A stretch of DNA of 61,289 nt, the filler included, from Dugesia japonica (taxonomy: Eukaryota): the NCBI GenBank assembly GCA_001938525.1. It is 6 parts of 6 records of this genome, joined end to end, with 100 filler letters (N's around TTAATTAATTAA, not from the genome) between each part and the next. Parts side by side here need not be neighbours in the genome. Positions count along the whole stretch, not along the records: positions 9,859 to 21,033 come from MQRL01496674.1; positions 21,134 to 31,597 come from MQRL01603453.1; 4 more parts are not named here. One strand, 5' to 3'. Made by a program: the position numbers and the translations under genes. The notes under the pieces were generated by a model. It was not told the DNA's origin. It saw only the letters and a program-made list of their open reading frames with translations, and ran no database searches. Shown here piece by piece: positions 13,301-24,723 of this stretch (position 1 is its first letter; each line of letters starts with the position of its first letter).

Positions 13301-14438
13301 CGCCAAATAATTAATGATAATAAATAATAATGATAAAGTTTAAATTATTAAAAAAATTATATCGATTAAATAAATAATCTATAAAATAAATTATAATGTA
13401 TAATAATAAAGTTTGAATAATTCATTAGAAAATGAATNATGATATAAATAATAATGATATGGTTTATATTATTGTAAAAAATTATAGCGATTAAATAAAT
13501 AATTAATCTATAAATTAAATTATAATGTATAATAATAAAGAAAACTTACATAAACATTCCATAATTGATCAAGTATTAAATTGGTAAACATATTCTTTCG
13601 ATTATTTGCAATAGCTCCTTTGCAAATTTGTTTTTTACTATTGATATAATTGTCACCCCACATATTTTTGAATAATTCCAATTTATCGATACCAAGGAGA
13701 CGCGAATAAATCGGAACAAAATCACTTAATCGGAAACCCCATTGATGATAGGCAGAACAGAATATTACTTTCCCCTTTAATGGATTAAATGGACTGGTAT
13801 CATAATTACGTGAAATGTGTTCAGAAAGTAATATAGAATCAGTTTTTTCTTCCTCTTCTCGATTATCAAGTGATATCAACTCGCCGATAATATGATGAAC
13901 AGCTTGTATAATTTCTTCTAATTTCCGATAGGCAACTGTAGTATCCATTTTCAATTCAATAAACATTTTGTCGATTTTATTTAAAACAAGTACGAAATTT
14001 AATCTTTCTTTCCAAGCTTGTTGAATGACAGTTCGTGTTTGACTTGACACACCTTCAATAACGTCAACGATAATGAATGCATTATCCGATATTTTTACTG
14101 CGGTAGACACTTCACCACTAAAATCTACGTGACCTGGCGAATCAATTAGATTAATAATATAGTTCTTGTACTCATTTTTATCTTTCAGTTTATTGCAATA
14201 ATTATGTCTAAGTGAAATACAACTGGATTTCATTGTTATTCCTCGTTCTTGTTCGTCTTGAGTACTATCAAGATGTCTCAAATCTCCGGCGGAATATTGT
14301 GAAATAATGCCATTTGAGCAAAGTAAGTTGTCAGCTAAGGATGTTTTACCTAATATATTTTACATATTATTAATTAAAATATCAAAACTAACCATGGTCA
14401 ACATGAGCTAAGATGCAAGCATTTCTAATAAATTCCAT
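10393..14438 (-). CDS. EFL1: Elongation factor-like GTPase 1 (EFL1/RIA1/EFTUD1); exons 14438-14393, 14349-13550, 12795-11518, 11462-11088, 10587-10393; C-terminal exon(s) missing at the scaffold end
   Basis: [128 protein letters not shown] and RLMIAMY are EF-2-family motifs with EFL1-type residues. All introns are GT-AG and keep frame. Confidence 0.92.
10630..11078. repeat. 16-bp intronic tandem repeat (AAACTAGTAAATCAA[T/A])
   Basis: Copies visible on both sides of an N gap. Confidence 0.9.
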
Positions 14439-14599
14439 TATTTCTTTTTAACTATTATTAATAAATACACAAAATAATTTAATTTAAAATAGAATATTAA
14501 TGAAAATACGATTATTTAAACAAATCTAATTATATTATTATATAATTAAAGTTTACTTAACGCTAAATTTAAGGAAAAATTATATATCTTTATTTTGTC

Positions 14600-15090
14600 A
14601 CAAAGCTGGAGTTATAAAAGTTAGTTGATTTATAATTTTTAAAATTTTTATTAGTTAAAATAAAAATTATTATAGTTATCTATAAATATAAATGATTATG
14701 TCTGGATGCGTAATTGTTAGAAAGCTCGAGTTTCAAAAATTAATATAAATTTTAAAAAATTAAAAATTTAAATAATTAAAATTAAAAAATTTTAATAATT
14801 AAAATTAAAAAATTTTAATAATTAAAATTAAAAAATTTTAATAATTAAAATTAAAAAANTTTAATAATTAAAATTAAAAAATTTTAATAATTAAAATTAA
14901 AAAATCATTTACTACTTCTGTAAATGAATTTGTCAATGAGCTCGAGTTATAAAACTTAATTGAATTTTAATTTTTAAAATTTTTATAAGGTAAAATAAAA
15001 ATTATTATAGTTACCTGTAAAAATAATTTCCTATGTCTGTATGCGAAATTGTCAGAAAGCTCGAGTTTAAAAAACAATTATAAATTCTAA
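14600..15090. repeat. ~150-bp imperfect direct repeats flanking a 23-bp tandem array, upstream of EFL1
   Basis: 14602-14755 resembles 14938-15088. Unit TAATTAAAATTAAAAAATTTTAA occurs about 6 times at 14773-14905. Confidence 0.75.
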
Positions 15091-16205
15091 ATCTAGTGGT
15101 CAGAGCACATAGCATTGAAATCCAGTGTACAGAGTTCAGAATATTGATGACTGAGCACTAGTGTAAAGTAAACATTTCATCTAAATTAATCTATAATACC
15201 ACCAAAAAATTGACCTTACCGAATAAATTATCTTCCTATTTTTATGTTTCTCGGGTACTCCCAAATTAAGTATTTGATTTTTTCAATGTAACTTTTTATC
15301 TATAAATTGTGGTAATTTTAGGTTAATTTATTTATAATCAGTCTAAAATTTTCTATTGAATAGGACTGGTTTATAATTACATTTGCGATACTTTTTATTT
15401 TAATTCATTACTGAGAATTAAAAACTTTTAATATTTTTCAAAGTAATTTAATTTGACAATTTACGCCGTATATATTCTTGATCAGTAAAACATTCTCTAT
15501 CTAATAGTACTTTTTATCATTACATTTGAATGAAAATTATAAAAAATATTTTTTTACTTGTATCCGTTAAACATTCTCCGGATTTTTGACCATGTTTTTT
15601 CGAATTTTGTTTGTCGAAATTAACTTTGACGATTTTAGATGATGTTTTTCTTGATCAGTGCAAAATTCTCGAACGAATAATGTATGTTTCGTTACGATAA
15701 GAGAAGAAACAATTTTAAAAACTTTCAAAAATTCTCAGATTTATCGCTTTTTTCTCAGCTTCATACATGATTTGGCGATTTTTAACTAGGTCAGTCATGA
15801 TTAGCAGAAAATTTTCTATCGAATAGACTAGTTTACAATTTACTTTGATAAAAATATTTTTTGAATAAATTATTTTTAGCTATAATTGATCCCGAGGTCA
15901 TTTTGAATTGACTGATGTACAAATTTCGATAAATATTTTTACATAATAGATTAAACTATCAAATTACACATAATCGCACAAATTATATCACTAATTCTCG
16001 AAGAGGATGGGGGTTCGCACACACATTGTGGTAGTGCGCTACTATAACGCTACTATAATGAGGTTTAATATGAAAATATGAGTAAAATGGAAAATATAGA
16101 TTTAATCATAAAAATAATGGGTTGATCATGTAAAGAAAGATTTCATAAGTAATATATCAATAGATCAGACAATTAAGTTTCTTAAGAATACAGTAATTTC
16201 ATTAA

Positions 16206-16260
16206 AGTAGGTAGATATGAGCGCAGGGGAACAGTTCCACCTCCGCCGTCAACGGCTTTT
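16206..16260 (+). mobile_element. Unpaired terminus of the AGTAGGTAGATA family
   Basis: AGTAGGTAGATATGAGCGCA. Confidence 0.55.
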
Positions 16261-17824
16261 AACATTTTGACAGTTTTTCTGTTTATGAGTTGTAGTATTT
16301 TGATTGGATGTTACGAATACGTAAAAAAGTTTTTCGAATTCGGATTAGAAAGGTCAAATATCCAGAATTTGTTTTTAAAATGTTTCAGTTAAATGTTCTC
16401 GTATGGTTTCGAATTTGGTGTTACACAATCAAATCGTTCCTGCAAAGTACATGTAAAATTTTNNNNNNNNNNNNNNNNNNNNNNNNNNNNNNNNNNNNNN
16501 NNNNNNNNNNNNNNNNNNNNNNNNNNNNNNNNNNNNNNNNNNNNNNNNNNNNNNNNNNNNNNNNNNNNNNNNNNNNNNNNNNNNNNTTCTATCAGTCCAC
16601 TTGAATTAGAAAAAGTAATATAAAAACGACTAAAATTAGATCATTTTAATTGGAATTTTTAAATTTAGTTATACGAGTATGAACAATAGTAAAATTCAGA
16701 ACGAACTTTCCAGAACTTACACTAGAATATGGGGCTATTAATTTTAGCTGAAATAATTTTAATGCATAAGTGTTTTATTTTTGAGTTCACTTTAAATCAT
16801 CACCTTTGGATTTTTAAAAATTTCAATAATTATTTAAAGAGTGGTTAGTCATATTAGTTCGTACTTTAATATCAGGAAAGCTTCTGAGTTCAAATTTCCT
16901 TGAAATGTGAGTTTACAGTTTATTATTAAATGATAAGCGATTATGTAATTTTGGTAAATAGTATGAGTTGCTCATTAAATTTAAATACTGATGGACTATA
17001 TTATACTTTGCCATTAGTTGTATAAAAATGTGACTTAAATGTTGAGTTAATTACCCTAATAAAAGATTTTTTAAAAGATATCCCCAAATTCTTTCTGGCT
17101 TTAACACCTTATTCTTGTCTCATCGTCCAAATAACAAGAGTTATCAAATAAAATCTCTGAAATCAGTTTGACTAAAGATAAATGTTTTAATCATGAAACA
17201 TTTTGTGTAGCTAAATTCTTTTATTAATGATCATTACAAGAAATAGTTACAAATTCATTTTGATGAGTTATTAGCTGCTTAATGACGATTCATTTAAATC
17301 TGTAATGTAGAATGGTGAGAAGAAACTTGAGAATTAATGCCAAGGAGTCGCTTTGCAAATTAGGATGGACCTTTACTACTCCACCGACACACTAAATGCT
17401 ACCTCTCGGAAATTCCCTCCGAGAGTATGGATTCAATACCGAACTCTGTTGGGTAGTGCAAGACCGTCTCGTCTGAAAGAGCTCAAAGATTTAAAAGAGG
17501 AAATGCAGAAATCGAAATCACAAAACTTGTTTTAGAAATAAAAAATGTTTTTCTGAATTTATATATATGAACTAAGAATGTACCAGGATCGAGCACCTCA
17601 TAATAACGTGTTGACCATTTCATTGCATCGGGTCACGCACCATTTGAAAAATCAATCATTAATGGTGTGAGTGTGTTTAGAAAAGCGAGTTAAAATTTTT
17701 GTGTGATTGGTGATCATACCTTTAAAATTTTTTGTTTAAAAGAAAGATTTAAAGTATTGATGAAAAATTTAAATAAACAAATAAAATGTTTTGAAATAAA
17801 ATAAATTAAATTAATTTTAAATAA

Positions 17825-18048
17825 ATTAAGTTTCACAATTGCAATTATTGCGAGAATAATTTTTGGACATAACTATTGATCGTTTTTCAGAATTCATTTA
17901 AAATAAAAGCTTCGATCAAAAATTTTTTTGTATTCAATTATAATTGACTTTTTCAATTCCTGAAGAAGACTAAGTCGAAATATCGAATTGTTATCAAATA
18001 CCATATAATACAAAAAAGATTTTTGATCGAAGCTTTTATTTTAAATGA
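17825..18048. mobile_element. Inverted Penelope-like pseudo-LTR fragments
   Basis: Inverted arms CATTTAAAATAAAAGCTTCGATCAAAAAT / ATTTTTGATCGAAGCTTTTATTTTAAATG. The tail is homologous to 10275-10335. Confidence 0.7.
17954..17990 (+). ncRNA. Minimal type-I hammerhead ribozyme (best-preserved copy)
   Basis: CAATTC-CTGAAGA-A-GAC TAA GTC-GAAA-TA-TC-GAATTG: perfect 6-bp stem I, 3-bp stem II, palindromic ATAT, AUC cleavage triplet. Confidence 0.85.
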
Positions 18049-18334
18049 GTGTCAGACATAAAAGTGTAATATATTTCAACCTGTCTCCTCGTGAAATTGT
18101 ATGAAGAGATTTTTAGTTAAGTTTTATTGTCTACTTAAACAACAGTTCAACTTGATAATTATAAGTTTAATGATATTGTTGGGGTTTTACCCTAGATGGG
18201 TTGAATTCTTCTATGCCTTAAATCTAGGGGGGTCAAACTTTATATTAAATTAAGTCTAGGGTAATTGACCTGCTAAAACTTCGCGATGAATTTGAATCTG
18301 GTGTCCCCAAAAATCCAGATCTTCGGGATGAAGC

Positions 18335-18395
18335 CGTTGACTCGTAGCTCGAGTGCAGACTCTCACCCCTTTGGTTCGGGTTCGTTTCGCATGAT
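18335..18395 (+). mobile_element. Possible tRNA-derived SINE head
   Basis: A-box-like TAGCTCGAGTG and B-box-like GGTTCGTTTC, without a convincing cloverleaf. Confidence 0.3.
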
Positions 18396-18699
18396 ACTCG
18401 CCTGATTGAAGTCCGACTTATTAATCATTAATTTATTTGATTTCAATTTATAACAGAGTTTATGGAATTTTTATTATTAGTCAGTTTAGCATTAAAATAA
18501 AAAGAAATTTAATTATGCATATTTAGCTGAGTTCATTTAATTATTACGTGTAGTTGAACACTCTATACTCTAAGATTTAAAATTATCAAAAACGCAAGTT
18601 TGTAACAAGTGGAAAAATATATTCAATTATCAAATCACCACTTGCTATACATTAAGTTAACAAATAGGATAAATGATAAAACTAACGTGGTCTGGATCC

Positions 18700-20044
18700 C
18701 GATCGGGAGCAAGCACGAGATTTGAATTATCATTTCTTTGACAGATGGACCCACCATAATTTTCCATTTTCGGTTCAAGTCGAAAATCGTTGCATCCTCC
18801 ACTGAGTAACAAGAATATTTACTTTAAATAATCTTCGTTCAATTACCGTATTTCGCGTGGAAAAAGAAAAAATGATGATTGATTGAATGAAAATTACATC
18901 GGTATTTATACCGGTTTCTCTTCACGCCCCCATTCCTTTTATGGGTTATTTGGAGCCTTACGACTTCTCCGACGCTTCCATTGGTTTGAACGTTACGTGA
19001 GTTCTTTTTAACATTATTGGATTTCAACATTATTGGTCAATCTTTACACCCTTATAACTTCTTTCCCATCCTTGCCATAATTTTCTAACTTTGATTTTCG
19101 AATTTCCCGACTTTTTCTTGATTGGAATTTTCTAAATTGATAATTTTGGCACCACTGTAAGTCGTCGTTTTTGCCATTTTTCACGAAATAATTATTTTTA
19201 TTTTTAAAAATAATTTATTTTAAATTGTTCTATTTATTTTATTTAAATAAATAAATTATTTATTTTATTTTCTTGGTGCATTTTAGTTAAGTGTTTGTTT
19301 CTTTGTTTTTTGATTGGTTTTTAATTTAATTTCACTGTTTTCTTCTTTTAATTAATTCATTTAATTAATTTTTCTTTCCTCATATATTAATTCCATGTGA
19401 TTTTCTTGATTTTGACTAATGCAATACTGGTTAATCATTATATTTTGTCGTCCTGCCACCTGTTTTATTACTTCTTTTCTTCTTTGGTTTATTTTTTTCA
19501 GAGTTGTTTCTTGCTGTGATTTCGGTTATTCCGTTGGTTTTGATTATCAATCTTGATTTTCCTTTTCATTATTTCCTTCTTTTTAATTAATGAATCAGTT
19601 CCTTGGCTATCGTTTATTATTTTCGTTGTTTGGATTACCGCTTCTTTACTTTGTTGGCTTTTTTATTTCCTCGTTATTTCCTGCTGTAGTTCTAGTTCTT
19701 ATGTCCTTCGTACGAATTTTGGCCTTCTTATTCAATTTTGTCTTTCGTCATTCTTCTCTTCAACTAGATTATGCCCTTCTTGGGTCCGATTTCTTCATTT
19801 TCTTTTCTTATGTAGATTTTTCGAATTTCGTGTTTACTTACGCCATTTTATTTGCCTTAAGCTGGTGTTTCACCACAACAATATATTAAATTAATAAATA
19901 GAATAATAGTAGCTAAAGATTACTCTCCTTATTTGGCATGTCGACAAAAACATGTGGTCGGCCAATCAGGGAGGAAATGTTTAAGCAGCAGGCCAAATAT
20001 CGCAAAATTAGAAAAGGCTACGGAAAGAAGGTGCAAGAGTAACA
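18700..20044 (-). mobile_element. 5' part of an LTR retrotransposon: LTR 20044-19156 (TGTTA...TTACA), PBS and decayed internal sequence
   Basis: Minus strand reads ...GACTTACA G TGGTGCCAAAA, a tRNA-Phe-like PBS (cf. TGGTGCCGAAA). TG...CA termini. The distal LTR boundary and the internal extent are approximate. Confidence 0.6.
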
Positions 20045-20153
20045 TATTTAAAATGTATACCCCATTTTAGGACAGAGGGAGCATTAAAAAATACTTTAAG
20101 TGGTTTATTCGTTCAAGCATAGTACAAAATCGTTGGAACCGCTATTTAAAAAA

Positions 20154-20389
20154 GGAGCTATCCATTAATTATGAATACAAAATCGGAGAGAGGAGTTTTG
20201 AAGAAGTGTGATAATTATTGACTAGTAGAAGTAGTGTCCAAGATACATTTTGTAAATTTGTGGGGGGAAGAGTAAATTTTTGTTGACATAATTTTATTAG
20301 AGGGTTACCGAAAGTTTGACAGTTATGGCCAAAGGGGGGCGAGGTTAAAAATTGCTTGAAATTTGTTGACATAATCAATGGACAGTACC
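20154..20389. mobile_element. MITE with imperfect 20-bp TIRs
   Basis: GGAGCTATCCATTAATTATG versus GGTACTGTCCATTGATTATG (reverse complement of the right end). Confidence 0.5.
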
Positions 20390-20489
20390 AAAGTATAACG
20401 AAATCTATCCATCATATTTTATAACATAATATCATATCAAAATTATTAGGTAAAATCAATAAATCAATGTTCTTCTATTTTCATAGATG

Positions 20490-20522
20490 GTTCAATATTT
20501 CGGCTATGCCTTCTTAAGGAAC
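20490..20522 (-). ncRNA. Degenerate hammerhead ribozyme motif (core G5 mutated)
   Basis: GTTC-CTTAAGA-A-GGC ATA GCC-GAAA-TA-TT-GAAC. Confidence 0.6.
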
Positions 20523-21455
20523 AACAACAACTATTGCTCAATATATTCTGGTTACAAACGTTTAAATAGAAACACAATTTAAATTAATTTTTATTAATCA
20601 CTAATTATGATCCACGGACATTTGACATAAAGTTTAATTGACAAAATTTATTTGACATAAAAGAAATTTTACAGAAAAAAAACTATTTTAAAACTTCATT
20701 TCCTAGCTCAGCCGTTGTAAATATAGATCAGAATATTAAAAAATAGCCATATAAAAAAATTAAACTGTTTTTCAAGATTAAATTTAAAATATAAAAGGAT
20801 TTGAACTTTAATAAATAAAAAAATTTTTCAAAAATATTTTGTCAAAAGTTTTATCAAAAACATTGAGTAACTGAGTATATATATATATATATATATATAA
20901 TTGATCGCAAACAACAATCCTTGAGTGTAAGTCAAGAAAATAATAATGTCTATATAGCTTTTAGTGGTTATTTAACTATTAAATGTGAATATCCATATGT
21001 TGCCATATTTGAAAATGAAATAATTGCAAATAGNNNNNNNNNNNNNNNNNNNNNNNNNNNNNNNNNNNNNNNNNNNNTTAATTAATTAANNNNNNNNNNN
21101 NNNNNNNNNNNNNNNNNNNNNNNNNNNNNNNNNTAGAAAAACGATTCGTAAATTAAAGATTTCCAAGAAAAATTTCAAAGCTCATCTAATTACGGTGTTC
21201 GAATTTGTTCAAATCGTCGCAACAATTTCAACAGTCTCATATTTCGTGACATAGCAATTATCTTGTCAATCCCGTCGTATCAAATCTCCTCACAACAATC
21301 CGATCTAACAAATTGTTGTCAGCCGAAAATTCAATCCTCCAATAATTAACCTGTCAACAGCAAATTATCTTTCAAGCCAATCATTTGACAGTCTTCCCAA
21401 CAAGAATTAAAATTCTGACAAGCAGAGGATCCAATTATTCCTACCAAGAAAATCA

Positions 21456-21490
21456 TATAAAACAGTGTAAGAAGACCACTTCATTTCACT
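21456..21490 (+). promoter_or_regulatory. TATA box plus initiator-like element
   Basis: TATAAAA at 21456 and TCATTTCACTTCAC 25 nt downstream, followed by a GTAAGT donor (21581) and a TTTTAG acceptor (21885). Confidence 0.45.
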
Positions 21491-21887
21491 TCACTTCACT
21501 TCGCTTCTCTTCACTTGACTCGATCACTCGAAGCAGAAAAGAAAATTATCGTTCGTATTTGAAAGGAAGATCAATCACTAGTAAGTCAATATCCTCATGT
21601 CGTCAATAACCTCCCTATAATTACTATTAGAACCATGTTATTATTAGAACCTATGTTATTATAATACTACCATTAAATTTTGAAATATATAAATTATTGT
21701 TCTTCATTCGTTGCCATGATTTCCTATAGGTTTTAACTTATTGCCATTTCTTTTCTTAACTTACCAGTAACAGAAGNCCACCATAGCAATANNTANTTTT
21801 CCAAAATCTTAAGACTTACGATCGTCCTNTTTCATTNACGAATAATGAAATCCAGATTAAGCACGATTTAATCTGATGCTTTTAGAT

Positions 21888-22280
21888 ATGGACGAAAATG
21901 CCCCACAGAACGTGGCTAATCAGCACATGTTCCAACTTCGACCAAGCCGAACCTTTGAAGCAGAGGTGCGAATCGCAGCTAGCTTTGATGGACAGTTAGC
22001 CACCACAACAAATTGGTCAAGAGCCTGTCAAGCTCTTCAGGAAAANNNNNNNNNNNNNNNNNNNNNNNNNNNNNNNNNNNNNNNNNNNNNNATTGAGTAT
22101 ACCCGGAGGGACGCAGTCCAGGGTATGAAGATATGGGAGTTGGAGGCCGAGGTGGAATGGCTCCGTCTGGAAAACAGGCAATTAAGCGATAGAGTACACT
22201 CCCAACCATCAACGTTATCTGTAACTTCTCCACCAAGAAAGATCCGGAAGATTTTTGTGGACCTTTCGGATGACAGTTAA
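21888..22280 (+). CDS. Small (~130 aa) coiled-coil protein with an acidic C-terminal SIM-like motif; function unknown
   Basis: GC-richer ORF with heptad stretch IWELEAEVEWLRLENRQLSDRV, ending PPRKIRKIFVDLSDDS. Spans a short N gap. Confidence 0.55.
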   Translation: MDENAPQNVANQHMFQLRPSRTFEAEVRIAASFDGQLATTTNWSRACQALQEXXXXXXXXXXXXXXXXIEYTRRDAVQGMKIWELEAEVEWLRLENRQLSDRVHSQPSTLSVTSPPRKIRKIFVDLSDDS

Positions 22281-24723
22281 TTAAAATCACATTTAAATTT
22301 CATGTATATTGTGTGCAAAATAGCATAATTGAACTATTTGATTTTTCTTTCTTTACGACTTCTATCGTCGATACATAATGAATCCAAATTACACGCAGAT
22401 GGTGCGCTCATGCACTCTTGACGTCGCGCAAGAGTCACCGTGGCTGCCATCAACATACTCTCAGGATGGGTATTTAAATCCCAGTTTGCGGGTTGTGTGT
22501 GATATATTTTTTGAGCCATATAACCCACGACCCCAACAATAATAATAATAATTATGATAATAACAGTTATTTAAATTGTGAAGATATTAATAAAGACTCA
22601 GATACGATTGATTAGTTTAGTTATGTAATAAATATTCAGTATTCTGGAGGGTTTAGATCATTTTAAAGTGTGCTGTTAAAATACAAAAATGAATCTTTAA
22701 ATTTTAAAGTTGTTTCTTAATCTTTAATAATTATAAACATGCTTAGTAATAAGTATAAGACTTATTACATGAAATCCTATGACATGTATGATGAAATAAT
22801 GTTTATTATAGATTCGAATTGGTTCGGAAAAATTTGTCAAATTCAATAATTAAATTTTATAATTGAAATTTATAAAATATTTTTAAAAACACATAATTAA
22901 TATGAATTTGATTTTAATCGATCAATATAATATCGCAACTAAGTATCATGGAAAGCACCAAGATATGCTAACTGTTTCGTAGCCAATCAAGTAAAAATAA
23001 AATAATTTCAAACAATTGTCTTCATTTTTCCATGCATATAAAACAGTTGAAGCAGTAAAACAGAAATCAATTGATAATTCTGAGAGGATTATTTTCTACT
23101 TTGTTTAGTAGTTTTCATTCAACTATCAAAACTGCTTTATCAGTTACAAGTCAAACAATAATAAATTACTCTAATANNNNNNNNNNNNNNNNNNNNNNNN
23201 NNNNNNNNNNNNNNNNNNNNNNNNNNNNNNNNNNNNNNNNNNNNNNNNNNNNNNNNNNNNNNNNNNNNNNNNNNNNNNNNNNNNNNNNNNNNNNNNNNNN
23301 NNNNNNNNNNNNNNNNNNNNNNNNNNNNNNNNNNNNNNNNNNNNNNNNNNNNNNNNNGTTTTCTTCTTCATTTAAATCAACTAAAACAAGACTTTTAATT
23401 CAATACTTTANNNNNNNNNNNNNNNNNNNNNNNNNNNNNNNNNNNNNNNNNNNNNNNNNNNNNNNNNNNNNNNNNNNNNNNNNNNNNNNNNNNNNNNNNN
23501 NNNNNNNNNNNNNNNNNNNNNNNNNNNNNNNNNNNNNNNNNNNNNNNNNNNNNNNNNNNNNNNNNNNNNNNNNNNNNNNNNNNNNNNNNNNNNNNNNNNN
23601 NNNNNNNNNNNNNNNNNNNNNNNNNNNNNNNNNNNNNTTTACATTAAAAATATTTAAACTAATAAACATTGCATTAAATTTTAAAAATATTTACAAATTT
23701 TTAAAATTTCCTTAACAATAATAATAATAATAGTAATATTCCTTACTGTTTTTAGTATATTTTAAGTTGTCAGATTTTTTTCCTTGTGTCAGATGCCTTC
23801 CTCTATGAGAAAAGTATCGAACTAAAAGAGTTTCAAAAGAGTTCACTATTCAATCACCCTAACCCAAGACCTTCAGTCCCCATAATGCCATACACATAAG
23901 TAGGAACATATGCCATCATCAAATAGAAACAGGATAGAACCTCATCCAGTTAGCTTTTCTATTTATCTAATGTCAGAGTCATTGTTTCCTCTTTGCGGTT
24001 TCAACATTTCTCTTTAGTTTATTAATTTTAGACTCATTTCTTTCTCATTAAACTATTGGTGGATTGAACTGTGTCATTTTAGCTGCAATTTACAGTGCAG
24101 TTTGCTAGTTTTAATACTAGTTCAAAATTTACTAGAATTTGCTACTTCTAATGGTATTTTACCATTATATTCCCTGTCATTACTCGTGCTAACATTTGCC
24201 TTCGACGCTTTTTCAGAGTTGTTATCAATCCTGATGTTTATTAATATTTTATTCATCAATTTCAGAAATAACACATTCAGCATATTCTAATTCAGATTAT
24301 TTGATTATTTTCTTAACAGTATTCAATAATATACTTTCCACATTATTCATTCTTTACAATAATCAATCTTTAAAGAATTTTGTGTGTTAAAAATTCTTCG
24401 ACTAAATTCCACAAATCTAATATGTGACTATAATTAAATTTCTCCTGATTTATCCTGACAAAAAAAAATAAAACTTAAAAAATAAATTATTTAAATAAAC
24501 TAAATTTACTCATTTATTGGTATTGATTTCAAACTTCTTGGAAAATATGAATGCATATTTCTGAAGTAACCTTCACAGTCAGATGATGTTTTTAAATTAG
24601 CACTATTTTCAATGACAGTCATACGTTCATTTTTAGATCTTTGAATGGCTCTTTTCGTAATCTCTATTTCCATTTAATAAACATGTTCTATATCGAAGTC
24701 ATAACTGGGGAATATGGAGGTAG

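Noticed and set aside
15090-15165. tRNA-like A/B box sequence
   Set aside because: No cloverleaf; at most a decayed SINE head
19553-19894. Hydrophobic Phe/Leu-rich ORFs resembling membrane proteins
   Set aside because: By-product of the T-rich strand of an LTR
23071-23715. 214-aa ORF
   Set aside because: Mostly N-gap; no real coding evidence
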